DNA of 64,000 nt, taken from the NCBI GenBank assembly GCA_903913885.1, contig CAIWMX010000011.1:13512-77511 (forward strand). Direction: 5' to 3'. Below, piece by piece: positions 1 through 9,193 of the stretch. Numbering within the stretch: the first letter of the stretch is position 1; every line of letters starts with the position of its first letter. The notes beneath the pieces are model-generated. The model searched no databases, was not told the DNA's origin, and saw only the letters and a list, made by a program, of their open reading frames with translations. Both the position numbers and the translations under genes were made by a program. Source of the stretch: an uncultured Bacteroidales bacterium. Its GTDB lineage: Bacteria; Bacteroidota; Bacteroidia; Bacteroidales; FEN-979.

Positions 1-332
1 CCCGAAATGGCACAGGGGCCGGTCCGGCAGACTTCTATCACATAGTGTCCCATTTTGTCGAGATAAAACATTGAATAAAAGGTAGCCACCTCATACACTT
101 CGATCGGCTGGATGCCGAGCAGCCCGGCAACATAATCCATAACATCGACTGAAAGGTATCCGCCCAGCTCCTCCTGCGCAATATGCAGGATGGGCAGTAA
201 GGCCGATTTCTGCTGACCTTCCGGGTAGCGGAGGATCAGTTGCTGTATCTTCCCGAGCACTTCGGGCGAAAAAGCAACCGTCTTGCCTTCTTTGACGAAA
301 AGCTTATGATTTACTATATTTCCCTGTTCCAT
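1..332 (-). CDS. nuoE: NADH-quinone oxidoreductase subunit E (24-kDa 2Fe-2S subunit), N-terminal part; the 3' end lies beyond the window
   Basis: Not in the ORF track because there is no stop in the window. My translation of the minus strand from the ATG at 332-330 gives MEQGNIVNHKLFVKEGKTVAFSPEVLGKIQQLILRYPEGQQKSALLPILHIAQEELGGYLSVDVMDYVAGLLGIQPIEVYEVATFYSMFYLDKMGHYVIEVCRTGPCA.. The LPILHxAQ and CxxxxC motifs and the position directly after nuoD fit NuoE. Confidence 0.85.
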   Translation of the reverse strand, partial: MEQGNIVNHKLFVKEGKTVAFSPEVLGKIQQLILRYPEGQQKSALLPILHIAQEELGGYLSVDVMDYVAGLLGIQPIEVYEVATFYSMFYLDKMGHYVIEVCRTGPCAIS

Positions 333-349
333 GATGTACCGATTCAACA

Positions 350-1528
350 TTAAGCGTCCAATTCCCCTGCAATGACATTCATGCTGCTCATCGTCAGGAT
401 GGCGTCCGACAGCACCCCGCCACGGATCATTTCCGGGTAGGCCTGGTAATAGATAAAACCGGGCCTGCGGAAATGCAGCCTGAAGGGGGTTCTGCCACCG
501 TCGCTGACAAGGAAAAATCCCAGTTCGCCGTTGCCGCCTTCCACCGAATGATAGACTTCGCCAACCGGGACCTCAATTTCGCCCATGACAATCTTAAAAT
601 GCCAGATAAGGGCTTCCATCTTCGAGTAGACTTCCTGTTTCGGCGGAAGGTAAAATTCGGGCACATCCATATGGAACGGGCCCTCCGGAAGGTTTTCCAG
701 GGCCTGGCGAACCAGTTTCACACTTTCCCAGATCTCCTGTTGGCGTACACAAAACCGGTCGTAAGTATCTCCCTGGGTGCCAACGGGAATGATAAACTCA
801 TAATCTTCATAACTGCTGTAAGGTGTCATCACGCGCACGTCGTAATCGACCCCGGCAGCTCGCAGGTTCGGGCCGGTAAACCCATAGTTTACGGCCCTTT
901 CGGCGGAGATGGGGCCGACACCGATGGTGCGGTCCATGAATATGCGGTTGCGCATGAGCAGCTTCTCAAATTCGTGCAGCACTTTCGGCAGGTGATCGAG
1001 GAATTCCCTGATCTTCTTCACTGCCCTGATCGAGAGGTCGCGTTCAAATCCGCCAATACGGCCCATGTTGGTGGTAAGCCGGGCACCCGAAACCTCCTCG
1101 TAAATTTCATATACGCGTTCCCGTTCCTGGAAAACATAGATAAAGCCGGTGAGGGCGCCGCTGTCGACGCCGATCACGCTGTTGCACACCAGGTGGTCGG
1201 TGATGCGCGCCAGCTCCATTATAATAATCCTCAGGTAATCAATGCGTTTCGATGTCTTAACCCCAAGGAGCTTTTCGACGGTCATGTGCCAGCCGAGGTT
1301 GTTGATGGGCGAAGAACAGTAGTTGAGGCGATCGGTGAGCGGGGTGATCTGGTAAAAGGGACGGTGTTCGGCAATTTTTTCAAACGCACGGTGGATGTAG
1401 CCGATGGTTTGCTCGGCAGCGACGATCTGCTCTCCGTCCATGGTCAGCACGTTTTGGAAAATTCCGTGCGTGGCCGGATGGGTGGGGCCAAGATTCAGGG
1501 TCGTATATTGTTTTTCCTCAAATTCCAT
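350..1528 (-). CDS. nuoD: NADH-quinone oxidoreductase subunit D (49-kDa subunit)
   Basis: 392-aa [14 protein letters not shown] near the N terminus, the C-terminal RxPGF..AGELDA tail and the operon position after nuoC are typical of NuoD. Confidence 0.95.
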   Translation of the reverse strand: MEFEEKQYTTLNLGPTHPATHGIFQNVLTMDGEQIVAAEQTIGYIHRAFEKIAEHRPFYQITPLTDRLNYCSSPINNLGWHMTVEKLLGVKTSKRIDYLRIIIMELARITDHLVCNSVIGVDSGALTGFIYVFQERERVYEIYEEVSGARLTTNMGRIGGFERDLSIRAVKKIREFLDHLPKVLHEFEKLLMRNRIFMDRTIGVGPISAERAVNYGFTGPNLRAAGVDYDVRVMTPYSSYEDYEFIIPVGTQGDTYDRFCVRQQEIWESVKLVRQALENLPEGPFHMDVPEFYLPPKQEVYSKMEALIWHFKIVMGEIEVPVGEVYHSVEGGNGELGFFLVSDGGRTPFRLHFRRPGFIYYQAYPEMIRGGVLSDAILTMSSMNVIAGELDA

Positions 1529-1536
1529 TAGCAGAT

Positions 1537-1604
1537 GGCAAAATTGTAAAATTGTAAAATGGCAAAATAGTGAGGTAGCGAGGTAGCGAGGTAGCGAGGT
1601 AGCG
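1537..1604. repeat. tandem repeats in the nuoC-nuoD spacer: (AAATTGT)-type heptamers then GAGGTAGC x4
   Basis: The sequence is ggcaaaattgtaaaattgtaaaatggcaaaatagt followed by gaggtagc repeated four times exactly (1572-1603). Confidence 0.9.
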
Positions 1605-1638
1605 AAATAATGAAAATTGCATTACAGGTATTTTTTGG

Positions 1639-2145
1639 TTATTGAGTATTTCGGCCGAAAAAGCGGTCGTCCTTGTCTTCCCTTGTCGGATCTTCCAGCG
1701 GGTATTCTTTCCGCAGGGGGAAAAAATCCATGTATTCAACATTCAGTATGCGTTTCAGGTTGGGATGGCCGGTGAAGAGGATTCCGTAAAAATCGTAGGT
1801 TTCGCGCTCCATCCAGTTGGCTGATGAAAAAAGATCGGTAACCGTTGAAACGGAAGGATCGGCAAGCGTAACAAATGTTTTAATGCGAATACGCTTGTTT
1901 TCAGGAAGGTTGTGCAGGTGGTATACCACCCCAAGGGGCAATCCCCGGTCGGGATAATGAATGCCGCAGAGATCGGTCAGCATGTTGAATTCAAGATCAC
2001 CATCCTCCTTCAGAAAACGGATCACCTCATGGATCACCGGGTGCGCCACCGTAACGGAAAGAATGTCGGCATCGGTATCCATTTTCAGGATATCCCGCCC
2101 AAACGCCTTGTATAATTTGTCAACTATCAACGCATTCTCCATCAT
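1639..2145 (-). CDS. nuoC: NADH-quinone oxidoreductase subunit C (30-kDa subunit)
   Basis: 168-aa ORF with ANWxERExYDFYGIxF and HPNLKRIL motifs, located between nuoB and nuoD. Confidence 0.92.
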   Translation of the reverse strand: MMENALIVDKLYKAFGRDILKMDTDADILSVTVAHPVIHEVIRFLKEDGDLEFNMLTDLCGIHYPDRGLPLGVVYHLHNLPENKRIRIKTFVTLADPSVSTVTDLFSSANWMERETYDFYGILFTGHPNLKRILNVEYMDFFPLRKEYPLEDPTREDKDDRFFGRNTQ

Positions 2146-2150
2146 TTTCT

Positions 2151-2179
2151 CAATTTCACCATTTCACTACCTCGCTACC
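2151..2179. repeat. nuoB-nuoC spacer: ATTTCAC x2 plus CTACCTCGCTACC (reverse complement of the GAGGTAGC motif)
   Basis: caatttcaccatttcactacctcgctacc. The same 8-mer family as at 1572-1603, in the opposite orientation. Confidence 0.8.
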
Positions 2180-2737
2180 TTAAACCAATATTCCATACCC
2201 CGAAAGCAACTCCTTATACTCCTCCGAATACCTCCGCCTGAGCGACTCGTTTCCCACGAGTTCCTGTATTTTCATGAAGCCGTCGATGATCTGTTCGGGC
2301 CGTGGCGGGCATCCGGGCACGTAAACGTCGACCGGCACCACGCGGTCGATGCCCTGAAGCACGCTGTAGGTGTCGAATATGCCTCCGCTCGAGGCACAGG
2401 CGCCCACAGCCAGCACCCAGCGGGGTTCGGCCATCTGGATGTACACCTGCTGGATGACCGGCGCCATCTTTTTTGCAATGGTTCCCATCACCATCAGCAG
2501 GTCGGCTTGCCTCGGGCTGAAACTCAGCCGCTCGGCGCCGAACCGGCCCAGGTCGTAATGGGCCCCCATCGTGGCCATGAATTCAATGCCGCAACAGGAA
2601 GTGGCAAAAGGCAATGGCCAGATCGAATTTTTCCGCGCCAGGCCGATCACCTTGTCGAATGTGGTGGCAAAGATCCCCGGGGCGGTGTATCCGTCGGGGG
2701 GATCGGCTTTGCTGTATGTCTTTATGTTGGTATCCAT
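2180..2737 (-). CDS. nuoB: NADH-quinone oxidoreductase subunit B (20-kDa, N2 Fe-S subunit)
   Basis: The track ORF 2180..2986 overlaps nuoA. The internal start MDTNIKTY (ATG at 2737-2735) gives 185 aa with the [14 protein letters not shown] and GCPPRPE cluster-binding motifs. Confidence 0.92.
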   Translation of the reverse strand: MDTNIKTYSKADPPDGYTAPGIFATTFDKVIGLARKNSIWPLPFATSCCGIEFMATMGAHYDLGRFGAERLSFSPRQADLLMVMGTIAKKMAPVIQQVYIQMAEPRWVLAVGACASSGGIFDTYSVLQGIDRVVPVDVYVPGCPPRPEQIIDGFMKIQELVGNESLRRRYSEEYKELLSGYGILV

Positions 2738-2754
2738 TTTATAACTGAAACCTG

Positions 2755-3138
2755 TTAATCTTCCCAGTTTAACGCACCCTTGCTGATGATGTAATAAAAT
2801 CCGAAAAGCAGGAACCCGAGGAACAGCAGCATTTCCCAGAAGCCGTCCCACCCAAAGTCCTTGAAATTGATGGCCCATGGATAGAAGAAGATAATCTCCA
2901 CATCGAAGAGCACAAACAGGATCGCGATCAGGAAATACTTGACGGAGAACGGGAATCGCGCATTTCCCTTCACCTCGATGCCGCATTCAAAATTCTGATC
3001 TTTGCGGATGGTATGGAATTTCTTGCGTTTTCCCCCGATAAAATGGGTTGCGAACATGGTGACCGCCACAAAACCCAGTGCTACCAGCGATTGGACAAGC
3101 ACCGGGATATAGTCTGACGGGATGAAGATCTTATCCAT
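2755..3138 (-). CDS. nuoA: NADH-quinone oxidoreductase subunit A
   Basis: 127 aa, three hydrophobic segments, and the ECG..[18 protein letters not shown] motif. First gene of the nuo run. Confidence 0.9.
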   Translation of the reverse strand: MDKIFIPSDYIPVLVQSLVALGFVAVTMFATHFIGGKRKKFHTIRKDQNFECGIEVKGNARFPFSVKYFLIAILFVLFDVEIIFFYPWAINFKDFGWDGFWEMLLFLGFLLFGFYYIISKGALNWED

Positions 3139-3213
3139 TATTTAGAATTAATCTTGACAAAGGTAAGTAATTTTTTTAATTACCGTTATATCCTTCACAA
3201 AGAATATTGTTTC

Positions 3214-3288
3214 CCCCCGAACCCCGTAGGGGTTCCACTCCTTTTCCAAAAATAATAAATACCCCCGAACCCCGTAGGGGTTCCACTC
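3214..3288. repeat. two identical 27-bp hairpin elements (CCCCCGAACCCCGTAGGGGTTCCACTC) 48 bp apart
   Basis: Copies at 3214-3240 and 3262-3288. Each contains GAACCCC-GTA-GGGGTTC. They sit in the divergent nuoA/fucosidase spacer. Confidence 0.9.
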
Positions 3289-3323
3289 TTTTAACACCTA
3301 AAAATAAAGAATAACTTTGTACG

Positions 3324-4784
3324 ATGAAACACCTCAGCACACTTATCCTGGGAATGCTGCTTGCCCTGGGTGCGCAAGCCCAGGAATCCCCAACCGGCAA
3401 CGCGGTGCGGATCAATCCGGGCGACAGCCTGCCGGTCATCCTGAAAAAGGCAGCCCATATCATACCCTCTGCGCGGCAAATCAGTTGGCAGGAGCTGGAA
3501 TTTACCGTGTTCATCCATTTCGGGATGAACACCTTCACCAACCGGGAATGGGGCGAGAAGGGAACACCGCCATCCCTGTTCAACCCGACGGCGCTCGACG
3601 CTGAACAGTGGGTGAAAACGGCAAAAATGGCCGGGGCAAAACTCCTGATCATCGTCGCCAAACACCACGATGGCTTTTGCCTCTGGCCCAGCAGGTTCAC
3701 AGACTATTCCGTCAAAAATTCACCCTGGAAAGGCGGGAAGGGAGATGTTGTGGGCGAAGTGGCGGCAGCCTGTAAAAAACACGGCATGAAACTCGGGATT
3801 TACCTCTCTCCCTGGGATATGAATTCGCCCCTGTACGGCACCGAGGCATACAACGAACATTTCAGGAACCAGCTCACGGAACTGCTTACCCTGTATGGGC
3901 CTGTTGATGAGGTATGGTTCGATGGCGCGTGCGGGGAAGGTCCAAATGGCAAACGCCAGGTGTACGACTGGCTGAGCTATTACAGGGTGGCCCGAATGCT
4001 GCAGCCGCAGGCTGTGATCGCCGTTACCGGGCCCGACGTGCGGTGGGTTGGCACTGAATCGGGCTACGGCCGTGAAACGGAATGGAGTGTCGTACCCGCC
4101 CCGGCATCCGCCCTGAAGGATATTGCTCTCACCTCTGCCGAAAAGGTTATGAAAGAAGGGGTCTTTTTCCCGATAGGCGACATGATGGAACAGGACCTCG
4201 GCAGCCGGGAAAAAATAGCGCAGGCCGGCGCCCTGATCTGGTATCCTTCCGAGGTCGATGTCTCCATCCGCCCGGGATGGTTCTACCACCCCGGCGAGGA
4301 CAGCCTGGTGAAGAGCGCCGAAACCCTGACCGATATCTGGTACAGTTCCGTCGGGCGGAATTCGGTATTGCTGCTCAATTTGCCTCCCGACAGGCGGGGG
4401 CTCATCCATGAAAACGATGTGGCTGCCTTAAAAAAAATGAAGTCTTTGCTTGATGCCACCTTCAGCAACAACCTGGCAAAAAATGCGGCTGTATTTAAAA
4501 ATGACTCCTCGATGCTGGTCAGGTTCCCCGCGCCGGTTTTGTTTGACCGGGCCATGTTGCAGGAGGACTTCCGCCATGGACAGCGCGTTGAATCATTTAT
4601 CCTGGAATCCTTTAACGGCAATGGCTGGAAGGAGATCGCCCGCGGAACAACCATCGGCTATAAACGGTTGCTACGGTTCGAACCCGTAAAGACAGACAAA
4701 GTGAGGCTGAGGATCACCTCCTCGCGGGATGTGTCTGAAATAAGTCATTTCGGGCTTTACAAAGCCCCGGCTGAAAAACGGTGA
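3324..4784 (+). CDS. alpha-L-fucosidase (GH29) with a signal peptide and a C-terminal discoidin/F5-8C-like domain
   Basis: 486 aa. N-terminal signal MKHLSTLILGMLLALGAQA, the GH29-type core AKHHDGFCLWPS..YLSPWD..VWFDGA, and about 130 aa of beta-rich C-terminal domain. Confidence 0.85.
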   Translation: MKHLSTLILGMLLALGAQAQESPTGNAVRINPGDSLPVILKKAAHIIPSARQISWQELEFTVFIHFGMNTFTNREWGEKGTPPSLFNPTALDAEQWVKTAKMAGAKLLIIVAKHHDGFCLWPSRFTDYSVKNSPWKGGKGDVVGEVAAACKKHGMKLGIYLSPWDMNSPLYGTEAYNEHFRNQLTELLTLYGPVDEVWFDGACGEGPNGKRQVYDWLSYYRVARMLQPQAVIAVTGPDVRWVGTESGYGRETEWSVVPAPASALKDIALTSAEKVMKEGVFFPIGDMMEQDLGSREKIAQAGALIWYPSEVDVSIRPGWFYHPGEDSLVKSAETLTDIWYSSVGRNSVLLLNLPPDRRGLIHENDVAALKKMKSLLDATFSNNLAKNAAVFKNDSSMLVRFPAPVLFDRAMLQEDFRHGQRVESFILESFNGNGWKEIARGTTIGYKRLLRFEPVKTDKVRLRITSSRDVSEISHFGLYKAPAEKR

Positions 4785-4792
4785 GCAGTTGC

Positions 4793-4897
4793 CTAACCCT
4801 TTTTTGCCTTTTTCTCTATTTTTTCCTGCCGTTTTTCCTTTGGTGATTTTGCAGGCGCCTTTTTAACGTCCTTTTTTGCGTCTTTCGATTTTGACAT
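4793..4897 (-). CDS. candidate small lysine-rich protein (34 aa)
   Basis: Below the track cut-off. My translation is MSKSKDAKKDVKKAPAKSPKEKRQEKIEKKAKKG, running from an ATG to a TAG stop. There is no other support, and the composition could arise by chance in an A-rich spacer. Confidence 0.25.
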   Translation of the reverse strand: MSKSKDAKKDVKKAPAKSPKEKRQEKIEKKAKKG

Positions 4898-5085
4898 ATG
4901 AACAGATTTTAATTGTTAACGATCCTTTTTATCTGATTGCCAGCGTTTAAATAAAATTGAAACCAGTCATCTTTAAATGATATGTCCCGGCAAACCTGAA
5001 CAAAGTTAATATTATTTTCTTACTGATGCAAATCCCTTACAGCCGGTTCGATTGAAAATCGAATCTGACCCTTCCGATTCATCTG

Positions 5086-5121
5086 AAAAAAAGGCCGGAC
5101 CCTCCTGCGAGGGAACCGGCC
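5086..5121 (-). terminator. rho-independent terminator of the lipoprotein/LruC transcription unit
   Basis: On the minus strand, GGCCGGTTCCCTC-GCAG-GAGGGTCCGGCC (11 paired bases with small bulges) is followed by TTTTTTT. It begins 22 nt after the LruC stop. Confidence 0.65.
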
Positions 5122-5143
5122 ATGAAAAATGAAAAGGAAACTG

Positions 5144-6661
5144 TTAGTAAATCTTTGAAGGGTCGCGGTTACCCGGGGCATTTGAATACCAGTCGGGATA
5201 AGCAGTGCCTGAACTGGCAGCCCATTCTATGAAATGCAGGTAGGCTTCGTTCACGGGCGTTTTTTCAATCGGGTAATCAAATCCCTGAAGGATATTGACG
5301 CCCCAGGGAAGATTGTTTGCCGTTTTATAATATTTCCCTTCGCCGGGCCTCGTATCATCATCGCGGGTACCAAACAGGGCTGTATTCGCACGACTGGTGG
5401 GAACGCGGCCGGCCAGGTGAATTTCTTTGCCACGGTCCTGAAAGGTGGGTTGTACATTTCCAATAACCTGTCCCGTAAGGGTTTCTCCTACAATGAAGAA
5501 ATTAAACACCGCGGGTGTAAGCTGTGACCCGGCAACAACGCCCCCGGGTGCAGGAATCCCATTGTTAATGAACACCAGGCGAACATTCAGTGTGACGTAC
5601 GGGGAAAAGGCGGCGCCTTTCTCGGTATTCCCCTGGCATAATCCAAGGACGCGGTGAGAATCATCAAACACGATGCATGTTGCATAGGTTTGCCCGGTTT
5701 CCAAACCGTTGGGGCCAATGGAATAAATTGTGACGTGACTTATCGAGTTTCCGTTCACACTGCATATTTTATCCGGCGTAATTCCATCAATCTGGAATCC
5801 AAACCCGTCGTTAAAACAACCGCCGGTTGCACGGAGGGTAAAAGCGCCATTCACCTCCACGACGTTGTTCGCTGCGTTGGTAACCGTTTGCAATTTATAG
5901 TCAACCACCACATCATTGAAATCATAATCGCCTTTTGCCGGCCAGAGGTCTTCAAAGGCAAGCGTTCCTGCCTGGGTTGCCGAGGGGAAGTAGCTGTTGT
6001 ATGCCTTGTTCGGATCGTTGGGATAAGCATCATCCGTATTGGCAACGCCGTCGCCGTCTGAATCCTGAACAGGAGCCTGCGGGATGCAGCCGTTTGCCGG
6101 ATCGGACCAGTAGAGGCCGGGAAAAACAAAATCGTCGGAAATAATGGGAGCCAGCCCGCCCTCACCTGTAAAACTCACCCTGATTTTGTACACTGCCGCT
6201 GAATTGGCGATCGCACCCGGAACCGGCACGACAAATGCCATAACCGGCGTGATGATCCCGGGCGCTGGCCAGTTGTAAGAATAAAACGAAACGGGGGTCC
6301 CCTCGTATGCAGGAGGATTGTTCCCGTCGTACGGGATATAAAAAAGCTCGATTCCCCGTGTCGTGCCGGTTAACCCTCCAAGCCTCGCATTGAAGGTGAT
6401 GTTGCCCGACGATACCAGCATCCATGGGGTCTTAAGCCACGAGGCATCCGGTGAGTTGCCGGGAATGCTGCCGCTTTGCAACGACCAGCTGCCGGTAATC
6501 GGAACGCCGGGAGTCCCGGTATAGGTGGCCTGGGCGAATCCCCAGCAGTTTCCCTGTTCAATGGCACGATTCCCCGATTCGCAGTTTAATGTTACCTGGG
6601 CCATGCTTTCAGAAAAAGAGACCAGGGTAATCAGTACTGATAATAAGAATAGCTTTTTCAT
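5144..6661 (-). CDS. LruC-domain secreted protein with a thrombospondin-type-3-like Ca-binding repeat
   Basis: 505 aa with a signal peptide. Contains DSDGDGVANTDDAYPNDPNKA followed by FEDLWPxKGDYDFNDVVVDY, which I recognise as the LruC/DUF4842 signature. Confidence 0.75.
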   Translation of the reverse strand: MKKLFLLSVLITLVSFSESMAQVTLNCESGNRAIEQGNCWGFAQATYTGTPGVPITGSWSLQSGSIPGNSPDASWLKTPWMLVSSGNITFNARLGGLTGTTRGIELFYIPYDGNNPPAYEGTPVSFYSYNWPAPGIITPVMAFVVPVPGAIANSAAVYKIRVSFTGEGGLAPIISDDFVFPGLYWSDPANGCIPQAPVQDSDGDGVANTDDAYPNDPNKAYNSYFPSATQAGTLAFEDLWPAKGDYDFNDVVVDYKLQTVTNAANNVVEVNGAFTLRATGGCFNDGFGFQIDGITPDKICSVNGNSISHVTIYSIGPNGLETGQTYATCIVFDDSHRVLGLCQGNTEKGAAFSPYVTLNVRLVFINNGIPAPGGVVAGSQLTPAVFNFFIVGETLTGQVIGNVQPTFQDRGKEIHLAGRVPTSRANTALFGTRDDDTRPGEGKYYKTANNLPWGVNILQGFDYPIEKTPVNEAYLHFIEWAASSGTAYPDWYSNAPGNRDPSKIY

Positions 6662-6683
6662 CTGATTTGATTTTAAGATGATT

Positions 6684-7082
6684 TTAATCCGTTACGACAG
6701 GGATAAAGGAGAAAAATGCCTTGTTGTTTGTGATCGCAACCAGGTAAGTTACAGAGCCATATCGCAGGGTAAGCTCTTTTTCCGTTGTAGGTACGGTGAG
6801 GTTGATGATGGCGTTTTCGTCCATCTGGTGCAGCTTGCTGAACAAGGTGGTTCCGTTGGCAAGGTTTACAGTGAGGGTAGATTTTACAGGTACCAGGGTG
6901 GGCAAACCGGTTATCTGAAGTTCTACAGCCATTCCCGTAGTCCAGTTGAACGAATCGGCGGCTTTTAACTCTTTCAGGGTTTTGGGAAGGCTTACCGGGG
7001 TGGTCAGTTCACTTTTTTTGCACCCCGACGCCAGGACCATCGCGATGGCAGAGAAGAGGAAAAACAGTTTAAGTGTTTTCAT
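6684..7082 (-). CDS. hypothetical lipoprotein, co-oriented 22 bp upstream of the LruC gene
   Basis: The internal start MKTLKLFFLFSAIAMVLASGCKK carries a lipobox (LASGC). The track ORF extends 9 codons further upstream, to 7109. Confidence 0.6.
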   Translation of the reverse strand: MKTLKLFFLFSAIAMVLASGCKKSELTTPVSLPKTLKELKAADSFNWTTGMAVELQITGLPTLVPVKSTLTVNLANGTTLFSKLHQMDENAIINLTVPTTEKELTLRYGSVTYLVAITNNKAFFSFIPVVTD

Positions 7083-7103
7083 GGCTTCGATTTTGACCTG
7101 AAA

Positions 7104-7120
7104 TATCAAAATTCATGCCA
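7104..7120 (-). promoter_or_regulatory. sigma54-like -24/-12 element (TGGCATGAATTTTGATA) upstream of the lipoprotein/LruC unit
   Basis: The minus strand reads TGGCAT-N5-TTGA with correct GG-to-G spacing, but the -12 element is GA rather than GC. It lies 22-38 nt upstream of the ATG at 7082, and a sigma54-dependent activator gene lies about 0.5 kb away. Confidence 0.3.
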
Positions 7121-7220
7121 CCATGCAAAATTTAGATTTAAATCGTTGACATTCTTCTGTTTAACAAACAAGTGTCTCTAATACTTACAAATGAAATACT
7201 CCATGAATGGGAAAAATTTC

Positions 7221-7568
7221 TCACATTTTCCGCAACTGGTCATTCACCTCCTGCAGGATCGTTTCAAGTTGTTTTAACAGTTCGGCGAATCCGGGTTCCT
7301 TCATGGCAGGCAGTTCAAGCTGTTCCACTTGCTTGATTATTTCCGTCGCAGAATTTACACCCATGACCATGATCGAAGGTTTCATCTTATGAAGGATTCC
7401 CTTGATCAATGAAAACTCATTTTTGGCAACCTGGGTCCTGATATCCAGCAGGGCGGCTTCATTTTGTGAAATGAAAAGCCTGATCATTTCACTGAAAAAA
7501 CCCTTATCCCCGGCCGCAATGGTACGGAGTTCCTGCAGGTCAAATAATTTTTCCGGTTTACTTGTCAT
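7221..7568 (-). CDS. Hpt (histidine phosphotransfer) domain protein
   Basis: 115 aa and all-helical. LHKMKPS matches the HxxKGS phospho-histidine motif. Sits directly downstream of a response regulator gene. Confidence 0.75.
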   Translation of the reverse strand: MTSKPEKLFDLQELRTIAAGDKGFFSEMIRLFISQNEAALLDIRTQVAKNEFSLIKGILHKMKPSIMVMGVNSATEIIKQVEQLELPAMKEPGFAELLKQLETILQEVNDQLRKM

Positions 7569-7631
7569 GGTTTCAGCTGTGTTTCAATCCATTAACTTTT
7601 ATGGCAATGATTGCCGCGATGATCAGTTTCG

Positions 7632-8978
7632 TCAGATCTCGTCGTTTTGTTTCAACCGGTACAGGGTCGACTTCCCGATGTCCAGCTTTTTAGCCACCAG
7701 GGCAACGTTATCCTGGTATTTATCGAGGTACGACCGGATGATCATCCGGTCATACTGGGCCAGGGTCATTTCGCCCGAGTTAAGAAAATCATTGGGTTGT
7801 GCTGTCTGGGAATAGATGATATCCTCAGTAAGCAGCACCTTGCCGTTCGACATAACCACGGCCAGGTCGATGATGGCTTTAAGTTCCCTGATATTGCCGG
7901 GATAGGAGTAACGGAGCAGTTTTTCACTTGCTTCGCTGGAAAAGCTGACAAGCGGCATTTTATTCTCCTTGCAGAACATTTCGGCAAAGTGTTTTGCCAG
8001 GATCATGATATCATTGTTCCTTTCACGAAGCGGGGGAAGGTGAATGGGAAGGCCCAGGAGGCGAAAATAGAGATCCTGCCTGAAGTTGCCGAGCGCCACT
8101 TCCTCCTTCAGATCACGGTGCGTGGCAACAATGAGCCTCAGGTCGAGGGGAATGGTCTCCTTTCCCCCGATCCTCACCAGTTCCCTTTCCTGGATCACAC
8201 GCAACAGTTTGGCCTGCAGCGCAATATCCATATCGCCGATTTCATCAAGAAACAGGGTTCCCTCGCTGGCGACTTCAAACCGGCCAATTTTCCTCGTGTC
8301 AGCGCCGGTAAACGCACCTTTTTCATACCCGAACAACTCGCTTTCGAGCAACTCTTTCGGGATAGCCGACATATTTACAGCCACAAAAGGTTTCTTGCGC
8401 CGGGGTGAATTATAGTGGATCGCCTTCGCCACCATCTCCTTGCCGGTACCTGTTGCCCCGGTTATTGAAACATTGATGTTGGTCTTGCTGGCCCGTTCAA
8501 TCAGGGCATAGATGGTCTTGATCGCCTGGCTGTTGCCGATGATGGCCTTTTCGAAGTCATATTTCCTGCCCACCTCTTCCTGCAGTTGCTCAACCTGGCT
8601 TTTCAGCACCTGGTTTTCGCGTATGCGCAGGATCACATTCCACAAACGGGATCTCGAATCCTGTTCCTTTACGATATAATCATTTGCACCGTCTTTCAGC
8701 AAATCAAGGGCCGTTGAAATATCCTTCTGGCCGGAAACGATGATCACCTTCGTGTCGGGACTCGTTTGCCGTATCTTTTTAAGAATCACAGCGCCGTTTA
8801 TATCCGGCAGATCATAATCAAGGGTGACCAGGTCGGGCTTTTTATGCAGTTCGCCCATAAATTCCTTCCCGGTCAAAAAAAGCTTGATGTCATAGTCAGG
8901 GTTCGACGAGAGGTATTGCTTCAGATATTGTCCATAAAATCTGTCATCCTCTACAATGAAAATTGAAAAACTACTCAT
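7632..8978 (-). CDS. sigma54-dependent response regulator (REC + AAA+ + Fis-type HTH; NtrC family)
   Basis: 448 aa. REC domain (DDxxF..LDYDLPDING), Walker A GATGTGKE, the GAFTGA loop (EKGAFTGA), and a C-terminal HTH (KSTLYRLKQ). Confidence 0.92.
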   Translation of the reverse strand: MSSFSIFIVEDDRFYGQYLKQYLSSNPDYDIKLFLTGKEFMGELHKKPDLVTLDYDLPDINGAVILKKIRQTSPDTKVIIVSGQKDISTALDLLKDGANDYIVKEQDSRSRLWNVILRIRENQVLKSQVEQLQEEVGRKYDFEKAIIGNSQAIKTIYALIERASKTNINVSITGATGTGKEMVAKAIHYNSPRRKKPFVAVNMSAIPKELLESELFGYEKGAFTGADTRKIGRFEVASEGTLFLDEIGDMDIALQAKLLRVIQERELVRIGGKETIPLDLRLIVATHRDLKEEVALGNFRQDLYFRLLGLPIHLPPLRERNNDIMILAKHFAEMFCKENKMPLVSFSSEASEKLLRYSYPGNIRELKAIIDLAVVMSNGKVLLTEDIIYSQTAQPNDFLNSGEMTLAQYDRMIIRSYLDKYQDNVALVAKKLDIGKSTLYRLKQNDEI

Positions 8979-9193
8979 AGTTTCCGGTTTTGGGATTTGA
9001 TGGTCAATATGACAACTTTTCCCAGGATGACAAAGATATAAAAAGGTTTAATATCATGCTGATGATCTGCTTTATTTAAATAAATAAACCTGGCAACTCC
9101 CTGTTTTTATCTTTTTAATTCCCGGATTTTCATCCGGGGAAACGCACAGAAGGCCGGGAAGGCAGCAGCCACAAGAGGATGGTTTGTAAGGCT

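Noticed and set aside
2738-2986. Upstream extension of the nuoB ORF. The same issue affects 14945..15097 (C25 peptidase), 49732..49803 (KPR-like), 53221..53256 (dch) and 28074..28097.
   Set aside because: The extensions overlap the preceding gene or lack signal-peptide logic. Internal ATGs give canonical N termini (MDTNIK.., MKKQIFIIL.. signal peptide, MEEKNYKIGIIGLG Rossmann, MQKIKVEY, MKKIIIPLL signal peptide).
9121-9138. Hairpin CCCGGAT-TTTC-ATCCGGG downstream of the SOD gene as an intrinsic terminator
   Set aside because: No U tract follows on the relevant (minus) strand, so it is left unannotated.
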